Shown: one piece after another, positions 40,476 to 54,038 of the stretch
How positions within the stretch are numbered: position 1 is the first letter of the stretch
How the letters are laid out: each line of letters starts with the position of its first letter
Assembly: GCA_963798915.1 (NCBI GenBank)
Contig: CAWCVB010000010.1
Coordinates: 86,092 to 150,091 of the forward strand
Origin: an uncultured Gemmatimonadales bacterium
Lineage (GTDB): Bacteria; Gemmatimonadota; Gemmatimonadetes; Gemmatimonadales; GWC2-71-9
Length of the DNA: 64,000 nt
Direction: 5' to 3'
The notes under the pieces: model-generated
Told to the model about the DNA's origin: nothing
The model's database searches: none
The model's input: the letters and a program-made list of their open reading frames with translations, nothing else
Position numbers and translations under genes: made by a program

Positions 40476-40688
40476 TCAGGCCAACGCGGCGTCGAGCTGG
40501 AGCCGCAGGTCCTTGAGACTTTCCGCGGCCAGGCCCTTGGGTTTGGGCTTCGCGGTGGTGTTGGTGCACGCGCCGCACTTGGTGGGCAGCTCGCAGTTAT
40601 CCGCGCCGGCTCCGTTCGCCCAGGCCAGTTCGCCATTTTCCATTGCCTGCACTGGCATCATTATGTCCCTGCTCTCGAACCTGCTCAT
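40476..40688 (-). CDS. Putative RiPP precursor peptide (70 aa)
   Basis: GGAGG 6 nt before ATG; central CELPTKCGACTNTT; first gene of the lyase/kinase-LanC operon. Confidence 0.8.
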   Translation of the reverse strand: MSRFESRDIMMPVQAMENGELAWANGAGADNCELPTKCGACTNTTAKPKPKGLAAESLKDLRLQLDAALA

Positions 40689-40872
40689 GGTCAGCCTCCG
40701 ATCGCGTAATACTGCCCGGGCCCGCCGAGATGGCTGGTCCGTTCAAGGTCCGTTCTATTGAGAAAGGTGTGCCCCTTGGATATACCGGGCGACTTGAACG
40801 CCGTCAATGCCACCCTTGCCCGCCGGCCAATCCGGCGGTAAGTCACCTGCCGCCAAGCCAAGGGAGCCTGAC

Positions 40873-42153
40873 GTGGCCGACACCGCCTTCGAGGTCCATA
40901 GCATCGCCTTTGCCTATCCCGGCAATCGCGAGGCAATCCCGCTGCGCGCTCCGGCAACCAATCACCTGGTCAGCGAACACCCCGAATGGATCCGGAACGA
41001 GCGCTCGGCTCCCGTGGCATATGTGCGGGGCGCCCGGCCTCACGTTCAGGTGGTTTTCCGGCGCCAGGCGGGGCCAAGGAGGATCACCTGCGTGGTCGGT
41101 GCCACGGCGCGAGGCGCCACCGCAGGGGTGCAGGCCCGCCGTGTCCGGCTGGAGTTTGACCGAAGCGGCCTGTCACGGCCGGTGCGATTCCAGCTCTCGC
41201 GCACTTTGCCGAAGGTGGTCGGGATCCGACGGATCCGCTGGGCCTGGTTCCGGCTGGTAGAGGGGAAGCGCCTTCCCGCCGGCGGCTCAGCACATGAGAT
41301 CTGCCTTGCGTGGAGGCGGCCACGACCGCCAGCCGACTGGGCCGGCCCCGATTCGTTTCCCCGCAGCCAACCGTGGGTCTATGTGCCACTCATGCAGTGG
41401 ACCTGCGCCTGGGCCGCGGGACGGAATGATCCCAAGGCCATCTGCGACACCATCCTGCGCAAGCTCCCGGCTTCCGGCCTGCGCTACGCTCGGCCAGCAT
41501 GGGACGTTCGGACCATGCTCACGGCGGGGGGCGGGTACTGTGGTGGCTGGTATCGCATGTTCCAGGCAATGGCCGGAGCCCAGGGTGTGGAGGTCAAGCG
41601 CCGTGCCTTCATGGTCCACTGGCAGAATGAGAGCCGGCAGCGGGCCCGATGGTGCGCCATCGTCGTGCAGCACGCAGGGATCAACCGCGACGCGGTGGTG
41701 GAGGCGCCAAGCACCTTCCATGACGTCCGCCAGCGGCCGGTGCGCGGCGCACCGGTGCGCGTCACCACGCGGGCGCGGTACCGCTTCTGGGGTGCGCCAG
41801 GCAAGGTGAACGACGGCCACTGCCTCAATTTCCTTCGGTACAAGGGCGCCTGGCACCTGTATGATGCCTGTTTCCTCTCGGAGTCGGTCCGCCTGCCCGG
41901 CTTCTCCTTGCCTCGCTCCAATTCGACCCGTGCCGTGCCGGTCGGCCGGCTCGGTGCCTTTCGGACGCGATACCTGGATCGGGCCGTGAATTACATGCTG
42001 GGGTCATTCCGGAATGATGGGAAGCTCTATCGCACCATCCACCCCGACCCGGCCACGAAGCAGTTCGGCAAGGCGACGGTCACCAATGGATTGAGTATTC
42101 GGACGACGCTCGTGCCCGACCCGGGACAACTCATCTCCTTCTACTGGATCTGA
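40873..42153 (+). CDS. Hypothetical protein with transglutaminase-like Cys-His-Asp triad
   Basis: AGGGAG before GTG 40873; GGYCGGW, DGHCLNF, HLYDAC in transglutaminase order. Confidence 0.6.
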   Translation: MADTAFEVHSIAFAYPGNREAIPLRAPATNHLVSEHPEWIRNERSAPVAYVRGARPHVQVVFRRQAGPRRITCVVGATARGATAGVQARRVRLEFDRSGLSRPVRFQLSRTLPKVVGIRRIRWAWFRLVEGKRLPAGGSAHEICLAWRRPRPPADWAGPDSFPRSQPWVYVPLMQWTCAWAAGRNDPKAICDTILRKLPASGLRYARPAWDVRTMLTAGGGYCGGWYRMFQAMAGAQGVEVKRRAFMVHWQNESRQRARWCAIVVQHAGINRDAVVEAPSTFHDVRQRPVRGAPVRVTTRARYRFWGAPGKVNDGHCLNFLRYKGAWHLYDACFLSESVRLPGFSLPRSNSTRAVPVGRLGAFRTRYLDRAVNYMLGSFRNDGKLYRTIHPDPATKQFGKATVTNGLSIRTTLVPDPGQLISFYWI

Positions 42154-42155
42154 CC

Positions 42156-42515
42156 ATGCCGCTAGCCCATCAGCACCTGCGACGCTGCCTGGCAGGCGGC
42201 CTGATCCAAGGCCGGCGCGCGACCTGGCAGCACGCGCTGGCGTTGTTGCACGCCGTCGCCGACGATCATTCCACCGAGTCCGAGAGCGTCCTGCGCGAGG
42301 TCGCGCTCTACGACGGCGTGCTCCAACTCGATACTACCGCCGGGCTGCCCCACGCCATGTCGCCGGAGGATGCAATGCGTTCCCTGGCGATCCAGGTGCT
42401 CGCGCAGTGGGACCGTAAGCGCCATGGCGACGTGATCCGGGCGGTGGGACGGAACGCGCGCAATGACGTGGTGGCAGCGATTGCGGGGGACAGGCGAAGC
42501 TGGGCTGAAGGCTGA
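42156..42515 (+). CDS. Hypothetical helical protein (119 aa)
   Basis: ATG 2 nt after the upstream stop; stop codon supplied by the heptamer array. Confidence 0.6.
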   Translation: MPLAHQHLRRCLAGGLIQGRRATWQHALALLHAVADDHSTESESVLREVALYDGVLQLDTTAGLPHAMSPEDAMRSLAIQVLAQWDRKRHGDVIRAVGRNARNDVVAAIAGDRRSWAEG

Positions 42516-42579
42516 AGGCTGAAGGCTGAAGGCTGAAGGCTGAAGGCTGAAGGCTGAAGGCTGAAGGCTGAAGGCTGAA
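42503..42579. repeat. Perfect heptamer array (GGCTGAA)x11
   Basis: Counted directly. Confidence 0.96.
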
Positions 42580-42636
42580 GGCGGCGCGAAGATACTCTGC
42601 GTTCAGCGCATCGCGCATTGCGCTTGGCGCAAAGCC

Positions 42637-42665
42637 TTCAGCTTTCCGCGCTTCCCCGCTATACT
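42637..42665 (+). promoter_or_regulatory. Putative metH promoter
   Basis: TTCAGC-17 nt-TATACT, just upstream of the SAM-II aptamer. Confidence 0.45.
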
Positions 42666-42678
42666 GCACTCCATACGA

Positions 42679-42729
42679 TTCCGTGGCGATTTGCGCAGCT
42701 TGCGGCCACGTTAAACAATCTGCTAAAAC
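42679..42729 (+). ncRNA. SAM-II riboswitch
   Basis: TTCCGTGGCGATTTG...GCTTGCGGCCACGTTAAACAATCTGCTAAAA fits the SAM-II pattern (P1 CGTGGC/GCCACG, GATTT, TTGC, TAAA, GCTAAA); upstream of metH. Confidence 0.85.
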
Positions 42730-42780
42730 GCGTCCGCTCGGACCGTTTTGGCTCCGGGCGTTTGTCTTGTGGAGTCTCGA

Positions 42781-46469
<3,689 letters not shown>

Positions 46470-46473
<4 letters not shown>

Positions 46474-48293
46474 GCCTCCGTGACCTGCTGCAGGACGGCC
46501 GGGTGCACGTGGTGGATGGCGCCATGGGAACCATGCTCTACGCCAGGGGCATCTTCCTCAATGTCTGCTACGACGAACTGAACCTCCGGCAGCCTGACGT
46601 CGTCCGCGACGTGCATCGCGACTACGTCAGGGCCGGCGCCGAACTGATCGAGACCAACACCTTCGGCGCCAATCCACTGAAGCTCGCCAGCTGCGGGCTC
46701 GCCAGCGACACCGAACTCATCAACCGGACCGCTGCGACGCTGGCACGCGAGGCAGCCGCCAGCCGCGCGCTCGTTCTCGGCGCCATCGGGCCCCTGGGGG
46801 TGCGGGTGGAGCCATTCGGTGAGTTGGGACTGGACGAGGCCAGCGAGGCATTTGCCCGGCAGGTTCTGGGGCTCATCGAAGGCGAAGTGGACGGCTTCAT
46901 CCTGGAGACGTTCAGCGACGTCTCCGAAATCGGGGCCGCCATGCGTGCAGTGCGCCGCCATTCCGACCTGCCGATCATCGCACAGATGACCATCGGCACC
47001 GACGGACAGACCCACTATGGCACCGGCCCGGCGGCCTTTGGCCCGCAGCTGGTTGAATCCGGCGCGGACGTCGTCGGCGTCAACTGCTCGGTTGGGCCCC
47101 ACGGGGTGCTGGAGGCAGTGGAACTGCTGGCGGCAGCCGTCAACGTACCGATCTCCGCCCAGCCCAATGCAGGGCTTCCCCGTGAAGTGGGCGACCGCAA
47201 GATCTACATGGCCAGCCCGGAGTACATGGCGGGGTATGCGCGGCGGATGGTTGAGGCAGGCGCCAAGCTGGTGGGCGGCTGCTGCGGCACCACGCCTGAG
47301 CATATCAAGTCCATTGCCAGCTTCGTCCAGAGCGTCTCGCCCCGGCATCGCTATGCTGCCCCAGCGGCGGTCGCGCACGACCAGGCCCACCAGCCCGTCC
47401 CCCTGGGAGAGCGGAGTGAGCTGGGCGCCAGGCTCGCCAGCGGGCAATTCGTGACGACCGTCGAGATCGTGCCGCCGAGGGGCATCGATCCGGCACCGAT
47501 GCTGGCGCAGGTGCGGGCTCTCAAGGCCGCCGGAGTGAACGCCGTCAATGTGCCTGATGGTCCCCGCGCCCAGAGCCGCATGGGCGCACTGTTGTCGGCC
47601 CTGCTCATCCAGCGCGAGGTCGGTCTCGAGGCGGTCGTCCATTACGCATGCCGCGACCGCAACCTCCTGGGCATGCTTTCGGATCTGCTCGGTGCGGCGG
47701 CGAGCGGGCTCAACAACCTGCTCATCATCACTGGCGATCCACCCAAGATGGGCCCGTACCCTGATGCGACCGCAGTGTTCGACATCGACTCGATTGGTCT
47801 GACCAACCTGGTGAGTCGCCTGAATGCCGGCCTCGACCCAGGCGGGAACGATCTGGGCAGCACGACGCGCTTCGTGATCGGCGTCGGGGTCAACCCGGCG
47901 GCTCCGGACCCGGAGCGCGAACTCAAGCGATTCGGCTGGAAGGTGGAGGCAGGAGCAGAGTTTGCCGTAACGCAGCCAGTCTTCGATGTGGAGCAGCTGG
48001 ACCGCTTCCTGGCCAGCGCCGCACCGTTCGGGCTGCCGATCATCGCCGGCATCTGGCCGCTCATCTCGCTCCGCAACGCGGAATTCCTGGCTAACGAGGT
48101 GCCTGGTGTGACGGTGCCTGATGCCATACTGGATCGGATGCGGCGAGCCAGCGAACTGGGCAAGGAGGCGGCGCTCGCGGAGGGTGTCGCCATAGCGCGG
48201 GAGATGCTGCAAGCGGCGCGGGAGCGCCTGGCGGGTGTCCAGGTCTCTGCCCCGCTCGGCCGGGTGCCGGTGGCGCTGGAAGTGCTTCGGTGA
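46470..48293 (+). CDS. Bifunctional homocysteine S-methyltransferase / methylenetetrahydrofolate reductase (YitJ-like)
   Basis: DGAMGT, GVNC, GGCCGT; C-terminal [20 protein letters not shown]. Confidence 0.92.
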
Positions 48294-48301
48294 CCGAATA
48301 C

Positions 48302-48367
48302 GCACGAAAGCACGAAAGCACGAAAGGGTGACACGCCTTTTCAGCTTTTAGCGTTCAGCCTTCAGCC
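48302..48367. repeat. (GCACGAAA)x3 followed by TTCAGC-type heptamers
   Basis: Read directly; related CACGAA units also at about 8702-8765. Confidence 0.7.
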
Positions 48368-48440
48368 TGTTGAGGGCAAGCGCCTCTCGCGGTAGCTTCC
48401 GCCCGGTGACGAACCCGTACCCGACTCCGGAGCCAACCCC

Positions 48441-49604
<1,164 letters not shown>

Positions 49605-49803
49605 CATGCGGTCAGGGTGCTGCGGCGGCGCCGCAGGTTCGCGAATGGAACGTCGTTGCGCTGGTTGAGTTTACGGCCGGTCGCCGACATTTTCCCGTGG
49701 TGCGTTGTTTGCACTCTGCAAGCTTGCCGGTTCCCCCCGCTCCCCCACCAAGGCACGGAACCGCTGGCGGACGCTTTCCGCGGCCGGGAGGTTTGATCGC
49801 ACC

Positions 49804-51324
49804 GTGAACAGTAGGCTTTCCACTGTCGTGACAACGAGTTACCGGGTCCGGGCAGCCCTCATGCTGACCGGGCTGCTTGCCTTTGCAGGCCGGGCACTGC
49901 CAGCACAGGAGCAGTATCAGGGCGTTCGCCAGAGCATCGCGACATGGTGGGAATCCGCCTCTCGACTTGCACCGGGCCACTGGGGAATCGCCGTGGCGGA
50001 TCGCTCCGGAAAAATGATCTGGAGCAACGACGCCGACGATGAGCTGATCCCTGCCTCCACTGTCAAGCTCTTCACCACCGGCTTTGCCCGAAGCGTGCTG
50101 GGCAGTGACGCGCGCCGCGCCACGAGGGTGGTGGGTGAGGGCTGGATCGACTCGACGACCGGAACCTGGATTGGCGATTGGCAGCTCGAACTCAACGGCG
50201 ACGTAACGCTGGAGCGCGGATCGGCGGCCGGACCGTCACTCTTCGACCTTGCCTCGCAGCTTCGCCGCCTGGGCATTCGCCGCCTGAGCGGTCCCCTCGA
50301 TGTCCGCAGCTCGACGGGCGAGGCGAACGCCATCTGGCCCGATGTCTGGCCCACGCGGCATCGCGGCCATCTCTTTGCCCCGCTCGTCGGTCCCATCACG
50401 CTCAACGAAAATCTCGTCACCTTCGCAGTTCGGCCCGGCAGCAAGTCGGGCCAGCGGGTGCGTCTCAACAGCGCCGAGCCTCTGGGCGCCGGAGCCTTGC
50501 TGCGGATCTCGGCCAAGACAGTCGCCGGCCGGCGGAACCGGCTGCACCTGTCTGCCCAGTCGGACGGCTCGTGGCTCCTCAGCGGGACGCTGGGTTCCCG
50601 CGCCGGCTCCCGCACATACGCCGTCACCGCACACAAGCCGGTCGCGGTTCTGCACGCCGTGTGGGCTGCCGCGCTCGACCGGGCCGGCATTGACTGGCAG
50701 GAAAAGGGCCTGCCCGGACCCAAGGTGAAGCCGGAGGAGCGGGTACTGGCCGAGGTGACCTCACCCACGCTCGACTCGGTTGCCAGTGAGGTGAATCGCC
50801 GCAGTCTCAATATTGGCGCGGAACTGCTGCTGCAGTGGGCCGCCGGGCGCGGGCCGCAGGCGTCGGCTGCCCTGGTGGATCATATCCGGAGCGTCGTTGG
50901 TTCCGATGCGGTGGTGCACCTGGTCGATGGCAGCGGCCTTTCAGGACAGGATCGGGTGTCGCCGTCCACGTTCGTTGAATACCTGGCGCACTTCCCCTTG
51001 ACGCAGGGCGGTCGGGATTTTGCCCAGTTGCTTCCGGCCAACGGAACCGGGACCCTTCGGCGGCTCAAGCAGGGCTTCCCCGATCAGGGGGTAGTCCGGG
51101 CCAAGACCGGCACCCTCAAGGACGTGGCGACGGTAACCGGGTATCTCGGCCGTCCGGAAGGCGTCCTGCTGATCTCGCTGATGTACAATGGCTCCAAGCC
51201 CTGGGTGGCCCGCCAGCAGCAATGGGAGCTCTTCCGCCAGCTGGGAGGCGACGGCGTGATCGTTCCGAGTGCCGGTGACATTGCCAGCGAGGATGCCCAG
51301 TATGGCGGCGAGGACGCGAAGTAG
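49804..51324 (+). CDS. dacB: D-Ala-D-Ala carboxypeptidase/endopeptidase (PBP4, S13)
   Basis: PASTVK (SxxK), SLN, DGSGLS, AKTGTL; start uncertain. Confidence 0.85.
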   Translation: MNSRLSTVVTTSYRVRAALMLTGLLAFAGRALPAQEQYQGVRQSIATWWESASRLAPGHWGIAVADRSGKMIWSNDADDELIPASTVKLFTTGFARSVLGSDARRATRVVGEGWIDSTTGTWIGDWQLELNGDVTLERGSAAGPSLFDLASQLRRLGIRRLSGPLDVRSSTGEANAIWPDVWPTRHRGHLFAPLVGPITLNENLVTFAVRPGSKSGQRVRLNSAEPLGAGALLRISAKTVAGRRNRLHLSAQSDGSWLLSGTLGSRAGSRTYAVTAHKPVAVLHAVWAAALDRAGIDWQEKGLPGPKVKPEERVLAEVTSPTLDSVASEVNRRSLNIGAELLLQWAAGRGPQASAALVDHIRSVVGSDAVVHLVDGSGLSGQDRVSPSTFVEYLAHFPLTQGGRDFAQLLPANGTGTLRRLKQGFPDQGVVRAKTGTLKDVATVTGYLGRPEGVLLISLMYNGSKPWVARQQQWELFRQLGGDGVIVPSAGDIASEDAQYGGEDAK

Positions 51325-51370
51325 GGGATAGGGGAGAGGGGAGAGGGGAGAGGGGATAGGGAATAGGGAA
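51324..51370. repeat. Heptamer array (GGGGAKA/GGGAATA)n
   Basis: ggggata ggggaga ggggaga ggggaga ggggata gggaata ggga right after the dacB stop. Confidence 0.85.
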
Positions 51371-51384
51371 CGAAAGACAAAAGA

Positions 51385-51420
51385 AACGACCCTGATCGGA
51401 GGTGTTCCGACAGGGTCGTT
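51385..51420. terminator. Hairpin between convergent genes
   Basis: AACGACCCTG-a-TCGGA-ggtgt-TCCGA-CAGGGTCGTT. Confidence 0.6.
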
Positions 51421-51456
51421 CTGATGTAAGCACCTCCCCGCCCCAAGCCCCATACC

Positions 51457-51684
51457 CTACCCCTTACTGCCCCTGCTCCCCGCCACGATCAGCACGATGC
51501 CGCCGACCACGGCCAGGCCGCTCAGGATGGGTGATAGCGGCACACGTTCCTGCGATTTGCCCTCAACCTTCAGGGGACCGGCGTCGATAACGGTCTTGTT
51601 TCTGGTGAAGGAAAATCCGCCCGCGACGAACCCGATGATGCCAAGGATCAGGAGCAGAATTCCCACCAGGGTTGCGACCTTCAT
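51457..51684 (-). CDS. Small two-TM membrane protein (DUF3185-like)
   Basis: TM-loop(IDAGPLKV)-TM. Confidence 0.7.
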   Translation of the reverse strand: MKVATLVGILLLILGIIGFVAGGFSFTRNKTVIDAGPLKVEGKSQERVPLSPILSGLAVVGGIVLIVAGSRGSKG

Positions 51685-51707
51685 GCGGCCTCCTCAGGCA
51701 GGCTGGT

Positions 51708-51857
51708 TCAGAGTGGTCGCCGCCCGGAAATGACCCGGATCAGCACCACGACAATCGCAATCACGAGCAGGATGTGGATAAAGCCGCCAAATGTATTTGC
51801 CGTCACTACACCGATCAGCCACAGAATGAGTAGAATGACGAAGATGGTCCAGAGCAT
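51708..51857 (-). CDS. lmo0937-family small membrane protein
   Basis: MLWTIFVILLILWLIG...GGFIHILLVIAIVVVLIRVISGRR; GGAGG SD. Confidence 0.85.
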   Translation of the reverse strand: MLWTIFVILLILWLIGVVTANTFGGFIHILLVIAIVVVLIRVISGRRPL

Positions 51858-52034
51858 TGGATTCCTCCGCGGAACAGATATTGTTCGGGCGCCCGGGCGC
51901 CTCGGTGAACTGTCCTGCTTTGCAAGGGTAGGCCCAGATCGGAACATTGGCCGTGAGCGCCGTCACGCGAATGTTGCGACGCTGGACGCTGCGGGCCCTC
52001 TGCCCTACTTTGCGGCTATCCTTGCCCACCTATT

Positions 52035-52466
52035 ATGCACCTGAAACGTTCTGAGGGCCAGCTGGCACCGGCCAAGACCGCCCGGCTCGTCCATCTGGCG
52101 CTGATTGGGGGCGTTGTCCTGTTCGCGGCAGTCGCCTGGGTTGTGCCTACGGCAGCGACCACCCCGGACGCCGTCCTGCGCACGGTTCTGCCCGCGGCGG
52201 CGCTGATCGGCCTGTCCGGTGCGCTGCTGTTTCGCCGGCGGCTTCCGGCCTCGTCCCCTGACGAAACGGACGACAGCTGGTGGGTCCGTGCCATGCCAGT
52301 TGCGATGGTCTCATGGGTCATGGTCGAGGCTGTGTGCCTGCTGGCAAGCGTCACCGTCTTTCTTGCCCATGACCCGATGGGGCTGCTCTGGACCGGCGTC
52401 GGACTGGGTGGGTTCCTTCTGCTGTCGCCCGGCCGCCTGCGCGAGTCTGCCCGGAGTGCACCATGA
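52035..52466 (+). CDS. Hypothetical membrane protein
   Basis: Four hydrophobic segments; ATGA overlap with the next gene. Confidence 0.65.
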   Translation: MHLKRSEGQLAPAKTARLVHLALIGGVVLFAAVAWVVPTAATTPDAVLRTVLPAAALIGLSGALLFRRRLPASSPDETDDSWWVRAMPVAMVSWVMVEAVCLLASVTVFLAHDPMGLLWTGVGLGGFLLLSPGRLRESARSAP

Positions 52467-52909
52467 ATCCGATGAAGGACCTGCCGGACCATCACGACGC
52501 CGACCTGGTCCTGCACCTCTATGAGCTGCGCCGGGAAGCGAGAATGCGGGAGGCGCGCGACGTCATGTACCGCGACTACTGGCCGTCGAACGCCGACGAA
52601 GCCTGTGCCCCGATCCCACGAAGCCATCCGCTCAACCCGGCCTGGCGCCAGACCACGACCTACTGGGAAATGGTCTTCGGCATGGGCGAGCACGGCATCG
52701 TGCATCCGGGGTACCTGATCGAGAACAGCGTGGAAGGACTGATGCTCTTCGCCCGGGTCGAGCCGTGGCTTTCAGCAGTCCGCGAAGCATCATCCCCGCG
52801 GGCCTTCCGCCATGCCGAATGGGCGGCGACCAGCACCGAAACCGGTCGCACGCTCATGAATGAACTCCGGACCCGAGTCAAGAAAGTGATGGCCAGCCGT
52901 GCGCCCTGA
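52463..52909 (+). CDS. Conserved hypothetical protein
   Basis: DADLVLHLYELRREARMREAR...YWEM; operon with the M42 peptidase. Confidence 0.7.
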   Translation: MNPMKDLPDHHDADLVLHLYELRREARMREARDVMYRDYWPSNADEACAPIPRSHPLNPAWRQTTTYWEMVFGMGEHGIVHPGYLIENSVEGLMLFARVEPWLSAVREASSPRAFRHAEWAATSTETGRTLMNELRTRVKKVMASRAP

Positions 52910-53966
52910 GTCCCTTGCTTTTCTCAAGCAGCTGCTCGACCTCCCGGGGCCGTCGGCGTTCGAGCGTGTTCCCGCCCGCCGCTGGCGCGAGGAGGCGGAG
53001 ACACTGGCCAGCGCTGTTGACGCCGACCCGACCGGCAACTCCTGGGCTACACTCGGCGGCCAGGGCCCCCAGCATGTCGTGCTGGCTGGTCACATGGACG
53101 AAATCGGCATCATGATTTCCTACGTGGATGAGTCTGGCTTCCTGAGCTTTGACACCATCGGCGGCTGGGATAGCCAGGTCTTCGTTGGCCAGCGGGTGCT
53201 GATCCTCGGGCGGAAGGAGCAGGTGGTCGGCGTGATCGGGAAAAAGGCAGTCCACCTGATGGACAAGGATGACCGCGAGAAAGTCTCCCGGGTGGAGGAC
53301 CTCTGGATCGACATCGGGGCGCAGGGCCGGGAGGAGGCTGTCGCCCGCGTCAGGATCGGCGATCCAGGTGTCCTGGCCTCCAGTGTGCTCGAATTCCCCA
53401 ATGGCCGGCTGGTGAGCCGCAGCATCGACAATCGGATCGGATCGTTTGTCGTGCTGGAGGCCTTGCGCCTGCTGGCGGCGGAACGGCCCCGCGCCACGGT
53501 GTCCGCGGTGGCCACGTCGCGCGAGGAAATCTCGGCCACCGGGGGCGGCGCCCGGCCACTGGCAACACGGCTCAACCCCACGGTGGCAGTGGTGGTGGAC
53601 GTCACCCACGCGACAGATTGTCCCGGCATGGACAAGCGCAAGCATGGCGAGTACGCCTTGGGCGGCGGGCCAGTGCTGTCGCGCGGCGCCGCGGTCAACG
53701 AAACGGTGTTCGAGATGCTGGTCGAGGCGGCGGAGGCGGAGCAGATCCCCTACTCGCTCGAGGCGGCGGGACGCGACACTCGCACCGACGCGGAATCCAT
53801 CTTCAATGCCGGCACCGGCATCGCGACGGCACTCGTGTCCGTGCCCAATCGCTATATGCACTCGCCCAATGAGATGGTCGCGCTGGAGGACCTTGAGCGG
53901 ACAGCGCGCCTGCTGGCGGCGTTTACCAGGAAGGTGGAGGACGGCACCGATTTCGTGGTGCGATAG
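52899..53966 (+). CDS. M42-family aminopeptidase
   Basis: GHMDEIG, IDNRIG, REEI, VDVTH, TDAE, RYMHSPNE. Confidence 0.92.
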   Translation: MRPESLAFLKQLLDLPGPSAFERVPARRWREEAETLASAVDADPTGNSWATLGGQGPQHVVLAGHMDEIGIMISYVDESGFLSFDTIGGWDSQVFVGQRVLILGRKEQVVGVIGKKAVHLMDKDDREKVSRVEDLWIDIGAQGREEAVARVRIGDPGVLASSVLEFPNGRLVSRSIDNRIGSFVVLEALRLLAAERPRATVSAVATSREEISATGGGARPLATRLNPTVAVVVDVTHATDCPGMDKRKHGEYALGGGPVLSRGAAVNETVFEMLVEAAEAEQIPYSLEAAGRDTRTDAESIFNAGTGIATALVSVPNRYMHSPNEMVALEDLERTARLLAAFTRKVEDGTDFVVR

Positions 53967-53987
53967 GGGCGTGACTTCCGGCCATTC

Positions 53988-54030
53988 TCTCAGCTTTCAG
54001 CACTCAGCTTTCAGCTTTCAGCTCTCAGCA
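53988..54030. repeat. Heptamer array (YTCAGCW)x6
   Basis: ctcagct ttcagca ctcagct ttcagct ttcagct ctcagca. Confidence 0.85.
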
Positions 54031-54038
54031 CCTCACGT

